DNA of 63,819 nt, counting the filler, from Octopus bimaculoides (taxonomy: Eukaryota), in NCBI RefSeq assembly GCF_001194135.2. It is 8 parts of 6 records of this genome, joined end to end, with 100 filler letters (N's around TTAATTAATTAA, not from the genome) between each part and the next. Parts side by side here need not be neighbours in the genome. Positions count along the whole stretch, not along the records: positions 20,098 to 39,466 come from NC_068981.1; 7 more parts are not named here. One strand, written 5' to 3'. Positions within the stretch are counted from its first letter, which is position 1, and every line of letters starts with the position of its first letter. The notes below the pieces were generated by a model. That model was not told the DNA's origin. It was given only the letters and a program-made list of their open reading frames with translations, and made no database searches. Of this stretch, positions 26,091 to 39,566 are shown piece after piece. Position numbers and translations under genes: made by a program.

Positions 26091-26759
26091 AAGATAGAGA
26101 GAAGGAGAGAGAGAACTTCCTCCATCATTGCTATCTATCGTCAACATTAACACACCTAGCAACGACACCAAAATTAATATTATCACAACAAATTCAATTC
26201 CATACACTCTATAATGACCAACAACAGTGGCAAAGATATGATCTTCTAATGAAATGATTTTTGATCTTATGTGAATGAGGAATGACTTGACACTAGAGAG
26301 TAACACTAACACAATTAAAAAGAGCAATACGACAATCACCCCCACCATAACTACCAACCCACTAGCTTTTGAATAACCGACTGCTAACAACAATAATAGT
26401 ATCAGCATAATGGCAATGTCTGTAGTTACATGTGTTGTATGTCAACACAACAGTGTATGAGTAGAATGTGATGTTTTATGGCTCAGTGAGAGGTATAAGT
26501 ATAAAGTGATCATGAACCTGTTAACCCTTCAACTAACTATAATCATACAGTACTTCCATCCACCTCTTTCCTTCATCTTTCACCACAACAATTTTTGCTT
26601 TAATAGTTCTTCCTGCCTGCTGCTATTTTTTTACTATTTATTTGTTAAGGATAACTGCTGATCATGAATGCTGTTGGAATTGACTACAATTCAAGATATA
26701 TGGCAAGAAGCCATCACATAGAACTGGAAGCAGTAGTTTGAAAAGGAACAATAAAAGGA

Positions 26760-27070
26760 TTGTTTTCCAACTTGACCTAAATCACCTTCCAAGTGGCTTT
26801 TCTGATCTCTTATGCACACTCAGCAACTGCATGAGTCCAGCTGTTTTCTGTGAATCTTAGGACATGTCCGGCCCAGCAGAACTTATGCTTTCAGTATTTT
26901 ACAATCACATCATTCACTCTGCTCCATTCTTGAATTATTTCATTTTGAATGCATTCTTGTAATGATAATCATAGCATGGATCTTTCTATGGCCCCTTGCA
27001 TCATAGCTAATTGATGTTATATCCTCTTCATAATTGCCCACATCTCACTTGTGCATTACAGCACTAGCAG
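26760..27070 (-). mobile_element. RTE-clade LINE ORF2 C-terminal remnant
   Basis: Degraded 'SEMWA...QGAIERSML...NEII..SRVNDVI...KFCWAGHVLRF..NSWT'. Confidence 0.75.
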
Positions 27071-30000
27071 GATGGTGCTATTGAAGAGATAAGAATTACT
27101 ATTTATTTAATCATATGACATATACAAGAAAATCATAATTTAAAATTTTGTTTATAAATCTCAAAAGATCTAAAGTTTATATGATGAAGAAAATATTTTT
27201 CAATTGATTATTAAGTGGTCTTATCAGTGACTATTATTTTAATTAAAATAAAAAGAATGTATAACTTATAATTCATGTTCCTTTAATATAAACTGCTTAG
27301 TAGTAATTTTGTACTGATAACTTTCTTGTTTATCTTTGTGAGAAAATGAAAGAAATCTTTGTAAGAGACATTAGTATGAATTAAATGTTCCCATAATAAC
27401 ATTGTATTTACAATGTGGCAATAAGATGTTTCATGTGACCTTCTGTCCTCTCTTTTTTCTTACTATAGATGATATAGTTTGAAAAACAAAGAATTTACCA
27501 AATAAACAGGTACAAAAGATTCAATTAATTTAATTAAGTTGAAATTGATTTTTAGCTTCAATTAAAGATTTCTGTTTGTGATTCATTTCTTCAATATATA
27601 TTTCCTTTACAATACCCAAAGTTGTTTTGTAATTCTATAAATGGTATAATGTGATTGAAAGAATTTCAGGACTTGATATTTCTATAATAAACAAATTTAC
27701 CAATTATTAAATATTAATCTATGCATATCTATCTTGCTAATGATTAATATATGTATACTTATACGTTCATATATGTGTGTTCATATATATGTTTATGAGA
27801 ATATGTGTGAGTATTTATAGGTGGGTTTCTACATACATAATACAAAAATACACACACATGCATGCATACATAATTCGTACATAATACATAAAGCATACAT
27901 ATATACACACATGCTTACATACATGCATAAAACATACATGATTATACACTCACACATACATCCATATTCAAAACAAGTGACCCAAATTTCTCACATGTAG
28001 ACATTTGTTCATTCAACAAAGTACATAAATGCAAGCAGTTTAGAATTGTGAAAGAGAATAGCATTAGTTCTAAATGAATAACCAAATTCTGCTACATAAA
28101 TTTAGAACTTTTGCTTCTTACTATATGCTTACAACCCCTTGTACACATATGAATTCATAGAAACTCACAATAAATTCTGTGAAGATCTGTAAAAATGGCC
28201 AGTTCTATCCTGAATATGTGTACATTTTTTCATAAAGTAGTGCTCACTATGTCTGATCAGCAACCAGAATAAAGTAGTGAATCCTGACAAAGCATGAATG
28301 CAAGTCTTATGAATTAGTTTAATTAAAGTTTAATGAAATTTTTGTATCTGATTATTATCCCCTAGGTACTGGGAATTTTGTTTAATTATGGGGGGGGGTC
28401 TATTTCTTCTGAGAAAATACAAGTATATTTTCTTTATTTTATTATTTTAGTCAGCAGGGAAGGCTACCTATGACTCTACTACCCATACATTTTTAGCTGA
28501 CGAAAATTTTTTTTCATGACCTTTGTCTCTGCAGCTTCCACACAGTTCTGGTGTGGGTTTGTGACTTTTGGAGGCCATTAGGATTTTTTCAAATCCATTT
28601 TAATAACAACTGACTCCATCACAATTTTTTTTTCTGCTCTGCTTTGACTACATGCCCATAATGTAATACAAAAGTGATGACTAGGTGAAGGTCTTTGATG
28701 TTTCCAGTGTCTTTTATTTGACCCATGTACTGGGATGTATAAATGTATATTCAGGGGTGTGTCTGACAGTTTGAGAAGTCTCTTTATGAAATAAATGAAC
28801 AAATAACTTGTCCCCTAACAGTATCAAAAATTAGTACCACTCCATCATCATATAGTGAGCCAGAAATAATAATTGCAGATGAATAATCTACAAACAACAA
28901 GTATAACATAAAAGGGAAAACATGACACAACATAAACAGTAGGTGAGGAGGGACAATTTCTTTGAAACATCAATGATATTCCACTTCAGGAAAATAAAGA
29001 CGAAAATGCAAATGATAAAGAAGAACTAATAAGCATTGCTTTCAAAAATAAAACAAATAATTAATAGACAAAATTGTGCATCTGTAATGTGATAGACTAT
29101 TTGAAGAAGTTAGAATTACAAGAAAACGATTAACTTCAAAATATAAATATAAAACATTAATTTTCCAAAACATAGATTATCAGTAAAAATAAACTAAGAC
29201 ATTACAACAAACTTAAAAGAGAATGCTGCAAAGGCCCTAGAGATTTTCAACACCATGTGTCTCAAAGAAATTGCTTACTGGTGGTATTGGCTTCACTTGC
29301 ATGAATGGAAAATGGAGTGTTAGACACAACCTAGGCAATAATCTTTTATATTTTATTTCCTTTTAATAATAAGTATAGTGTGTGTTATCATACACATTTT
29401 CAAACGGTTAAAGGACCCACTCATATTCTATGATATCTTTCACTTCTCTCTTCTATATTTATAAACTTTTAAGCACTCCACTTCTTTTTTCTCCATAACC
29501 CTTAGTGAATATTTCATGTTTTTTTGTATCTCTTCAAGCCCTTGTGATTAATAAAGAATAAGATTATTATTATGAAGCTAGTATATGCTAATTTAATTAG
29601 CAGGGATTTTATCTTGAGGTTTCACAACAAAAGCTTTCTATATGGTTGCAGAGTATAGGATGGTACTTTTCTACAGGTCAACAAAACCAGTTTCAATTCC
29701 AATCTCTTTCAATATTTTAGGTAGAATTTTGGGTATTGTGCCAAGTGTACCAATTACCACAGGAATAATTATTGCCTTAGTCTTCCACAGTCCCTTCAGC
29801 TCTCTGGCTAGATTCTGATAATTCTCATTTATTTCAATTTTTTTGGTATCGACTCTGCTATCATAGGGAATTCAAAATCTTTGATCTTAGACTTTGTTTA
29901 CTTTGTCCTCTATAATCATAACTGGTTTTCTTGCTTTAATAGTATGGTCTTGCTTTTCATCCTTTCAGAGTTGATAAAATAGGTATCAGTCAAGCACTGG

Positions 30001-30214
30001 GGTTGATGTAATCAACTAGTCCCCTTCCCCAAACTTTCAGGCCTTATGCCAGCAGCAGAAAAGATCATTTTTATTCATGATATGTGTGAGTGTGTTACAT
30101 TCAGAATCAATGTCCTTCATACCAAGTCACAACCTGTTTCCTCAACTATCAAAAACTTTTCTTACTATCGTTGCTGTTATTATTATTATTTTTGATACAC
30201 AACTAGTCAATAAA

Positions 30215-30629
30215 TTGTTTACTCTTTTGCTCTGTTACTCGTTTCAGTCATTTTACTGCGGCCATGCTGGAGCACCGCCTTTAGTTGAGCAAATCGACCC
30301 CAGGACTTATTCTTTGGCAGCCTAGTACTTATTCTATCGAACTCTTTTGCCGAACCGCTAATGTTACGTGGACATAAACACACCACTATCGGTTATCAAG
30401 TGATGTTGGGGGACAAACACAGACACACAAACATATACACACACATACATATATATACATATATACGATGAGCTTCTTTCAGTTTCCGTCTACCAAATCC
30501 ACTCACAAAGCTTTGGTCGGACCAAGGCTATAGCAGAAGAAACTTGCCCAAGGTGCCAGGCAGTTTGACTCTGAACCCAGAACCATGTGGTTGGTAAGCA
30601 AGCTACTTACCACACAGCCACTCCTGTGC
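30215..30629 (-). mobile_element. SINE family A, full length, relatively young
   Basis: Reverse complement of the family-A consensus seen in this window; CpGs largely retained. Confidence 0.9.
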
Positions 30630-31029
30630 CTATCTTTATGTTTCTTCATAAATATAACAATTTATCTTTCCAAATAGTGACAGCATTTCCCCCTTGATGT
30701 AACAGCTAGGCATTAAAGTCAAGGTACACAAACTGAGGAGAATGAACAGGAAAACAGTATCTGGGAAGAAAAATTAGGACTACTGCAGGACATATTTGTA
30801 CACATCATGAGATAAGACAGAGGAAATAGCCATAAAAGATCAAAATACTGGTAAGTGCATTCTGTGATATCAAAAGGTTATCATAATTGTCATAAGAACA
30901 CTGGAAAAGATAGAAACATCTAACAGTTTTAAGTCTGAATATTGTAAATGAAAAAGACTTGAAAATAAGTATGCTAATATGGAATGCTTAAAGTTAAAAA
31001 TTACTTGACATCTTTCATATTTTGCTTAT

Positions 31030-31372
31030 TACAGTCACTGGACTGCAGCCATGCTGGGACAGTGCTTTGAGAAGTTTATTTGAATAAATCAACTCCAATA
31101 CTTAATTTTTATTCTGTTGGGTTTTTTCATCAAACTGTTAATGCTACTGGGATGTAAACAAACCAACACTAGCTGTCAAGCAGTAGGACAAAAACAAAGA
31201 CACACACATATGCAGCAGTGGGCTTCCTCACAGTTACCATCTAACAAATTCACTCAAAAGGCATTGGTCAGCCTGGAGCTCTAATAGAGGACACTTGCCC
31301 AAGGTGCTGCACAGTGAGACTGAACCTGAAACTGTGTGGCTACAAAGCCAGTTTCTTAAATGCACAACCTTC
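31030..31372 (-). mobile_element. SINE family A, degenerate
   Basis: Same modules, heavily CpG-decayed. Confidence 0.65.
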
Positions 31373-31739
31373 CATACACTATAATGCCATGCCTAAATGA
31401 ATATGTTTGTATTTCTAGGAATATTCTATCCAGAATTCAAAAAGTTCATAGAACAGTACTCACACACAGAGAGAATCAAACAATTACACATATTTAAACA
31501 CACACACACACAATTATACAAAATTGTACATAGTTATAAACACACAATGCACACAAAGAATAGAAAACTTTCATGGCATATTTGTGTTGCAAGAATATAA
31601 TCGATTTTTATAACAAAGTAGTGTAGCATAAAAAAATTATATACACCACTATATACATGTATATGTACACACACACACATGCCATAGGAACATTACAAAA
31701 TTGTCCCATAAAGTAGATGACACGTGCATATGCCACAGG

Positions 31740-32125
31740 CAGTGTTTGAAATGACAAGATAACAGTGTTCTGGGATATACCTCCATAAACCAATATAGAA
31801 GATGAAGAAAGCATCCAGAAAATACTGAAAAGCATTTGGACATGTCAAAGAATTCTGAGATATTCAAGTGAATTTTAACACTGTTATCAGAGTAACCCTG
31901 GGAATGACAGGAAAATAGTTATTTCAAGAAACTGAGAAATATCGGAATGAAGATCTTGATAGCAGAGATGCAAAAAAACTGTCATTTTCGATTCTGCAAG
32001 AATCCTTGAAATTGCGATGACTTGTTTGTTACTAAATCTCAAGACATGGATCTGTTGACATAATCACCATGGAACTTTGCAATATCAACAACAACAACAA
32101 TAATAATGGTAATAATGATAATAAC
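31740..32125 (+). mobile_element. R4/Dong-like (RLE) non-LTR retrotransposon 3' remnant
   Basis: Degraded 'KLRNIGMKILIAEMQ..KTVIFDSARIL' (consensus IAELQKTVLLGTARIL) followed by an (AAC/AAT)n tail. Confidence 0.6.
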
Positions 32126-32136
32126 AATAGTTTGAA

Positions 32137-32322
32137 ATTTTGGCACAAGGCCAGTAATGTTTTAGGAGAGGAATTAAATCAATTACATCAATTTCAATGC
32201 TTAACTAGTATTTATTTTTATCAAGTCTGAGAAATCAACCACAGCAGAATTTGAGCTCAGAACAGAGAACCAGGAGAAATGTTGCTTAGCATTCTGTTCA
32301 ATATGCTAACAATTTTGCCAGC
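32137..32322 (-). mobile_element. SINE family B, degenerate
   Basis: 'ttttggcacaaggccag...cagaatttgagctcagaac...gttagcatt...ttgccagct'. Confidence 0.7.
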
Positions 32323-32409
32323 TGAACACTTTAACAACAACAACAATAATAATAATAATGATAATTGAGGAGGAGTGACCTGAAGATAAAGACAGAAGCA
32401 CATTTATTT

Positions 32410-32778
32410 TCTTTACTCTTTTAATTGTTTCAGTCATTTGACTGCATCCATGCTGGAGCACCAACTTTAGTCGAACAAATCGACCCCAGGACTTACTCTT
32501 TGTAAGCCTGGTACTTATTCTATCGGTCTCTATTGCTGAACTGCTAAGTTATGGGGTTGTAAACACACCAAAATTGGTTGTCAAGCGATGGTGGCGGGGA
32601 CAAACACAGACACACACATATACATGATAGGTTTCTTTCAGTTTCTGTCTACCAAATCCACTCGCAAGGCTTTGGTCAACCCGAGGCTATAGTAGAAGAC
32701 ACTTGCCCAAGATGCCACACAGTGGGACTGAATCTGGAAGCATGTGGTTGGGAAGCAAGTTTCTTACCACACAGCCAC
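32410..32778 (-). mobile_element. SINE family A, full length
   Basis: Reverse complement of family-A modules. Confidence 0.9.
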
Positions 32779-34384
32779 AATCTCCTTCAAGATCTTGCAA
32801 GCTGAATGCTGACCTTACTAGTACTGACGCAAAGAAAAAACAACCCAGTGAACACTATAAAGACTTGTTAGGAAGGACATCCAGCTGTAGAAACCACACG
32901 AAAGCAGACGTAGGATCACAATGCATTCTTTGGAACCACCAAATTTTGTCAAATCATCTAACCTATGCCAGCATGGAGCATAGTTTTTAAGAGGTGACAG
33001 TGGTGGTGGTGGTGGCAGCGGCAGCGATGGTGGTAGTGAGGAGGATGAAAATGATGATGAGGATGATATATGCATGTATGTATGTAGTGTGTGTGTGTGT
33101 GTTTGGATGTGTGTGCATGTGTGTTTGTATGTGTGTGTGTGTGTGTGTGTAGAATTCATGTTAGAATTATAGAAATATTTTGGCATCACAATGCTACAAG
33201 AATGATACAAATATAGTCAAGAATGTTACTGTGTAAATTCAGTAATGTGAGTATGAAAAGCACTAAAAGAGTTAATTTTTATGTTTGTATAAGTATCATG
33301 TAATGGATGAACCAAGCATGTAAATTAGTTCCAGGTCAACCCTTTTCAGGCTAATTTATGATCAAAGACATTCCAACTGTGGTCATGCTATCCTTTTAGG
33401 GGAGTCAAGGATATTATCTAGCTTGTTATTTTTTTCTTAAGATGGCAAGAGATTATCTGAAGAAGATTTTGCTGATATTTCTAGCAGGGCGTGTAACCAC
33501 ATATTAACCTCAGCAGGTTTTGAACTTGAAACAAAAGGCCATAGCTAATTATTGTAGATATTTTGTCCAATGCCTAAATGATTTTGCTAGTTTACCAGAT
33601 AAATAATAGGTGTGAATGAGAGAAGCAGATACGTGAAATGGTGATTGAGGCTTTGGATGAATATGTTGTTGATGTTAGTGGTGGTAGGCATTGGTTTTCT
33701 AATGATAGTAATGACGACAAGGACAATAATGATGGTAGCAGTGGTGGTGGTGGTGGTTGTGGTGGTGGTAGTGTTGGCCTTAATTATAACAATGATAATG
33801 GTAAAGAGAAAGAATGGCGGTAGAATAAAAGGTTAAGGATGATGATGATGAAGATGGCAACACTGATGATGATGATGATGATGATGGTGACGATAACGCT
33901 GCAACCAATGATGATGATGATGATGATGATGATGATTGTGATGATGATAATGATGATGAGTTTAGGCTGAATGAGTATCACAGCCAGTGTGATTTCAGCG
34001 AGGGGAAATATTTAGATTCTTCCAAAGCAAAGCAAACAAAAGGATGAGAACATTTCACGATTCCTTATGCAGACAGTGCTAAGTTGGACAATAACGAAAA
34101 TTGCATGTTTGAACAATTTAACAGACTTATCAGTTGTAATTGTTGATAATATCTCGAGCTTTGCATCAGAGGTGAAAAAGAAAATAATGGAGATTAATAG
34201 AGCATTTATGTATTAGCTTTAATATAGTCCCCATAGTTTAACACTTAGACAACAATAAGTGGATCTGATTTAGCATTCCTCAATCTAGTTATTAATGGAT
34301 CTTCTCAATACCTAATTAGATCATTTCCTTCCATTATTTGAGAATATGAAAGTATATGCAAAATGTAGCAGGAGGTCTCATAAG

Positions 34385-34419
<35 letters not shown>

Positions 34420-35177
34420 CACTTATGTGCATGTGTGTGTGTGTGTGTGTGTGTGTAAAAAGGGAAAATGATGGTATTTAGTTGAATGAAGCTGAAGTCG
34501 AACAGTATTCATATAATGACCACCACAGAGTTAGCAAATTATATCTGAATTGCCTTAGTTAGAGAAATAAAGACTGGTTTTGTTGTTGTTGTTGTTGGGT
34601 GTTTTGTGTGAACAAATGGCAGAGACTGTGATAAAGTAATTTAATTAGAAACACTATTGTCAACAATAAGCTTCACTTAACAGACTATGTTTCTTTTTTT
34701 CTTCTGATTCTCTGTTTTAAAGCATTCACCAGAAGTTCAGATATGTATAGATACATCTGCCTAGCACCAAGACTCTTAAATGTGGAGCCCAGTTGCAATA
34801 GTCTGGTCACATTGTCAGAATAAAAGTGAAAGTTATTCCTACAACTTCTTTATTCCAACAAATTTGACCAGGGTGGGGAACATTCAATCAGAGAACAAAA
34901 CATGCTGCAGAGATAGTCTCAAGACCTCTTTAAAATACACCAGAGTCAATACAAAATTATGGAGCAGTTGTGATACTGAGAGACCTATCTGGTGCAGTCT
35001 CAGGTGTAAAAGCAATTGAGCTGGGAGTAGACAGGCTGAGTACAAGAGTCATCACCATCATAGTCATCACCATTTAATGTCCATTGTCCATGCTGGCAGA
35101 TAAGTTTCACTTAACGACTTCTGTTTCTTTCTTTCCTCTGATTCTTACTTTTAAGGCATTCGCTAGAAGTCCAGATA

Positions 35178-35607
35178 GCACAGGCGTGACTGTGTGGTAA
35201 GAAGCTTACTTCCCAGCCATATGGTTCTGGGTTCAGTCCCCCTGTATGATAGCTTGGGCTCGTGTCTTCTACTATAACCTCAGGTTGATCAAAGCCTTGT
35301 GAGTGGATTTGGTAGACAGAAACTGAAAGAAGCCCATCATATATATATGTGTGTGTGTGTGTATATATATATGTATGTATGTATGTATATATCTATGTGT
35401 GTTTGTCGCCCCACCATCACTTGACAACTAATGTTGGTGTGTTTACATACCTGTAACTTAGTGGTTTGGCAAAAGAGACCGATTAGAATAAATACTAGTC
35501 TTACAAAGAATAAATCCTAGGGTTGATTTCTTCAACTAAAAAAACCATTAAAGGTGGTGCTCCAGCATAGCTACAGTCAAATGACTGAAACAAGTAAAAG
35601 AATAAAA
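35178..35607 (+). mobile_element. SINE family A, full length, CpG-decayed
   Basis: cacaggcgtgactgtgtggtaagaagc...atgactgaaacaagtaaaagaataaaag. Confidence 0.9.
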
Positions 35608-38600
35608 GACAAAAGGAATAAGTATAGATGCTTCTGCCCAGTACCTAGACTCTTCCATGTGGAACCCAGCTGCACTGGTCTGGTCACATTGCCAGACATG
35701 AAATCTAGAGTTGCCAGCATATTAACAAAGTAAAAACTTATTAGCCATTTCTGGATTCATCCATGAGTGATGTAATGGTTGTAATACATATGGATAGACA
35801 AATTAATAGTGTAAAAGTTCTAAAGTCAACTGAAACCATCACTGTTGCAATAAAATTATAATTACCACCCACCACATTTAAACATAACTTTGTTATTTTC
35901 ATTATCATAAGCACCATTATCATTATCCTCATCACCATAATTAACACAGCAGCAGTAACAACACCAACAACAATATTATTACCTTCATTATCAGTTTATC
36001 GTCCTTATCATGATTATTTCTATGATTCATTCTGCTCCCCAATTGTTATTTGATGTAACATTACAGATCACTGAATTTAATAAGCATTAGGCAATGTTCT
36101 GAAATTAGAATCCATTTAATTAGTAACTAAATGCAGCAGTACTAAATAAATTTACTTTAAGCATGAATGACTCCACATAGTTTGAAAAGTCATTAAAATA
36201 TTTCCTCAGAAGTGTTAAACTGACACATTTTAGGAAGCTATTCAAAGAACCAGTCTTTATCCATGCAAGATTAAATTTCATATCCTATTTCATAAGATTT
36301 CATGCACCCTCTATCATTAGAGGCAAAAGCTTCTCATAGAGCAATTCTTCTGATGTGAAATAGAGAAACATGTTAATTTCAATAATCTTGTTAAATATCT
36401 TCATTGAAGACTGAAGATCCTTAGTTCAAATATTTCACGTACAACATCAGGTTAATTTCATTTCAAAATATCTATCCTCCTAATTTGCTAATTTAGTTAC
36501 CTCAGAAACTGTCAATTTAACATGGCTGCCTGGTCAATGTTTGTGAAAAGTGATGGTTGTTTATGTTGATAAATGATGTCCAGTGCAATGCCTTCAAGTT
36601 GGTGCAGAGTAATTGTAACTTCATGAGAATGTCAAAGATTTAAATCAATATCTATGAACTAATATTCCTTAATATCATCTAAAGTTTAAATACGTTAGTT
36701 ATAAATAAGGTTACACATTAAAACACCTATATGCTATGCTTCAAGTACTTAAACAAAATATTTTCTGATTTTAAAGTCTCGAAAACACAAATAAGAATGT
36801 TTTATTGAGAATACTTAGATTTAGAATCAAACTAAGGTAGAGATTACATATTGGTTGGGTTATTCATTAGATTAGTTTGGCATTTGTTCAGTATATAATA
36901 AAGAAATAACTAGAACTAGGATCATAAATCATTCACAGAAAAGTCATGAAACCAAACTCTGTCTTTTATCATTGTATGTAAAAAGAAAGTCCTTCCTTGG
37001 TTTATTTGGATAGAAGTGCAGGTCAAATTTTACACTTTTATAGCTAGCATTTAAGAAGGCCAGCTTTTGAAACATCTAAACAAATGAATCCCACTACAGC
37101 TTAAATAAAACATTGCTGACAATTTTATGTTGTTTTCCTTCACACTTCTACTTAAGTTTATATTTATGTATGTGTGTGTGTGAAAAGGTAAAGTTGAATT
37201 TATCCTTTACTTTGGAGGGTTCCAAAGGGGCGATTTCTAGCAAAGATTCTTCATATTTCGTTGGTAGCTTACTGGTGTAAGATTTTTGCGAATATGAAAT
37301 TATTACATGTATAAGGTATGAGATGAGAATTTGTGGAAAAGTATCCCATAGAAACTCAACAGACTGTTAAAGATGGAGAAGAGAAGATGTTAAATTTTTT
37401 TTTTAAGAATTTAAATACATGTATACGATCATTTCGGACAGCAATATTAACATGTAAATAACATGGTAGAATAATTAGAAATTAATTAAATTAAATTAGT
37501 TAATTACGTATCTTTATTACTATTGACTTCCCACTTCTTTTATGCAGAACTAGATTCTCAACTCTTATTCTATCTTTTTATTAGTTATACAAAAACATAG
37601 TCAACCCACTAAATACCAATAATTATTTTTAAAAAAACATCTTTACGACTTTGTCTCAGCTTTATCTTCCTTACATTGTTTATATGTTTGTTTTTTGAAT
37701 AACTTACATTTTCATTTTCCTTATCCTAATTTTATTCAAAATTTTTAGCCACAGCAAGCATTTACTTTCTTCATTTCTGTAATATATTTCTATTTGTTTA
37801 TCTTATATTTAATTCACACAAATGAATATAAGTTTTTTACACGTAAATAATTTTTTTTTCCATTATATAGAGCTATTCTCTAACTAACTCCATTTGTTTC
37901 GTTTGCCCTTAAGTAGCCTAATGAAAACTACATTAACTAGTTTTCATTTCTTTATTCTTGCACAAAATTTCTTTTTTCTAAAAAATAACTTCTTTAAATA
38001 TACACCATACCTTATATTACTTATATAACTTATAACTGTCAAGTCATAAACTGATTCAAATATAACTATGCTATCCCATTGGACATCTCTATCTCTCTTC
38101 CTTGATAAATGCTTTATTTGGAGTATATATATTAATTTCAAAAATTTTTAAAGTTAATATTATAAATTGGACAGTAAAAATTAATACGATAATATACAGT
38201 ACAGAAGTATAGATATAAAAAGTTAGTGCTAGTATATAGACTACGTGCGTTTTATGGTTGAAATAGGACTATATAAAATCATAAGAAAATTCTATCCGAG
38301 TTCATTAGAACGGGGAAAATGATTTTACTCCAAAAATCAGTCACACTTCAGGCCAAATCCCTAAGAAAATACCTAAAATCATTCAAGGAATAAACATGAG
38401 AAATAAAAAATATATATATATAAAGAGACAAAATCTGTAAACTAATCCCTACATTAACGGTATTAATATAATTATTAAGAGTTACAGTCTAAAAACATTA
38501 AAAAAGTATTATAGTAAACAAGGTTAAAGCATTATGGAATAAGTAGATAATAGTAAAAAAATGTGTTAGTGTATAAAGTTACTAAAAGACGGATGTCAAT

Positions 38601-38700
38601 ATTGTTTATAAAATTTAAATTAAAATAAGAAAACATGACTTGTCAGCCGGTGGTTATATAAAGACTAAATCAAAATGGCTGTGTAATAGCATTTATACTA

Positions 38701-39045
38701 AAAGATCACGTAATAAATATGGCGTCTATTACCCAGAAGTACATGCGTATTGTAATTTCTAAAATAATAACGAAAATATCGAAAATGAAAATCTACCTAA
38801 AATAAAAAGATTCTTGAGGATTAAAAATACTAAAATACTTAAACTTGCAAATTAACTCAGAGTAATAACTATACACATACGAAAATTCTATATTACGTAA
38901 ATAATGCTATGAAAATTTATACTGAAGAGTCACGTGATAAACATGGCGTCCATTACCAGATGTAAATACGTATTATAATTACTAGAATAATAACGAAAAT
39001 ATCGAATAAGAAAAACCTACCTAAAATAAAAAGTTTATTGAAGAT
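38701..39045. repeat. Imperfect direct repeat (~120-bp copies, period ~226 bp)
   Basis: 38701-38820 versus 38926-39045; shared 'tcacgt.ataaa.atggcgtc...aataataacgaaaatatcgaa...ctacctaaaataaaaag'. Confidence 0.9.
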
Positions 39046-39062
39046 ACATATATATATATATA

Positions 39063-39466
39063 TAATGCAAGCTTTCTTTTCTGGTTCACGACACTGCTTA
39101 CCCCTATCCCAGGGTCACACGGGCCCACTCCTCTGACACCCACTCCTCCCACACTGTCAGGATTGGCACTCTCAACGTCGGCACGCTGAAAGGTAGGTCT
39201 GGTGAGATTGTTGAGATGCTTGAACGGCGACGCGTAGATCTGTGCTGCATCCAAGAAGTAAGATGGAGAGGAGGTTCTGCGAGGTTCCTCACAGGCAAAG
39301 AACACAGGTACAAGTTTTTCTGGGCAGGGAACACTGACGGAGTCGGGGGCGTAGGAATACTTCTAGCAGAGAAATGGGTAGATAAGGTAATCGAGGTAGT
39401 TAGAGTATGTGACAGAGTACTTAAGATTAGACTAGTGCTTCATCATAGGCTAGCTACTGTCATCTC
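39063..39466 (+). mobile_element. RTE/RTE-X-type LINE 5' end, APE endonuclease (open frame, cut by gap)
   Basis: 'RIGTLNVGTLKGRSGEIVEMLERRRVDLCCIQEVRWRGGSARFL...GVGILL..KWVDKV..V.RVCDRVL'. Confidence 0.9.
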
Positions 39467-39566
39467 NNNNNNNNNNNNNNNNNNNNNNNNNNNNNNNNNN
39501 NNNNNNNNNNTTAATTAATTAANNNNNNNNNNNNNNNNNNNNNNNNNNNNNNNNNNNNNNNNNNNN

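Noticed and set aside
28470-28580. Minus-strand 'CGSCRDKGHEKKFS' zinc-knuckle-like string
   Set aside because: The final cysteine is missing, the frame is short, and there is no adjoining gag or ORF1 context.
30707-30850. Exon-like segment ending in CTG|GTAAGT
   Set aside because: The candidate frames contain stops, and 'AGHIC' suggests an RTE remnant, so the donor is probably incidental.
36349-36378. CTGATGT…GAAAC-ATG-TT with ACATGT palindrome
   Set aside because: A9 is changed, there is no stem II and stem I has only 2 bp.
37400-38700. Very AT-rich block as a mitochondrial insertion or viral gene
   Set aside because: No mitochondrial gene, rRNA or tRNA motif and no sustained ORF could be recognised.
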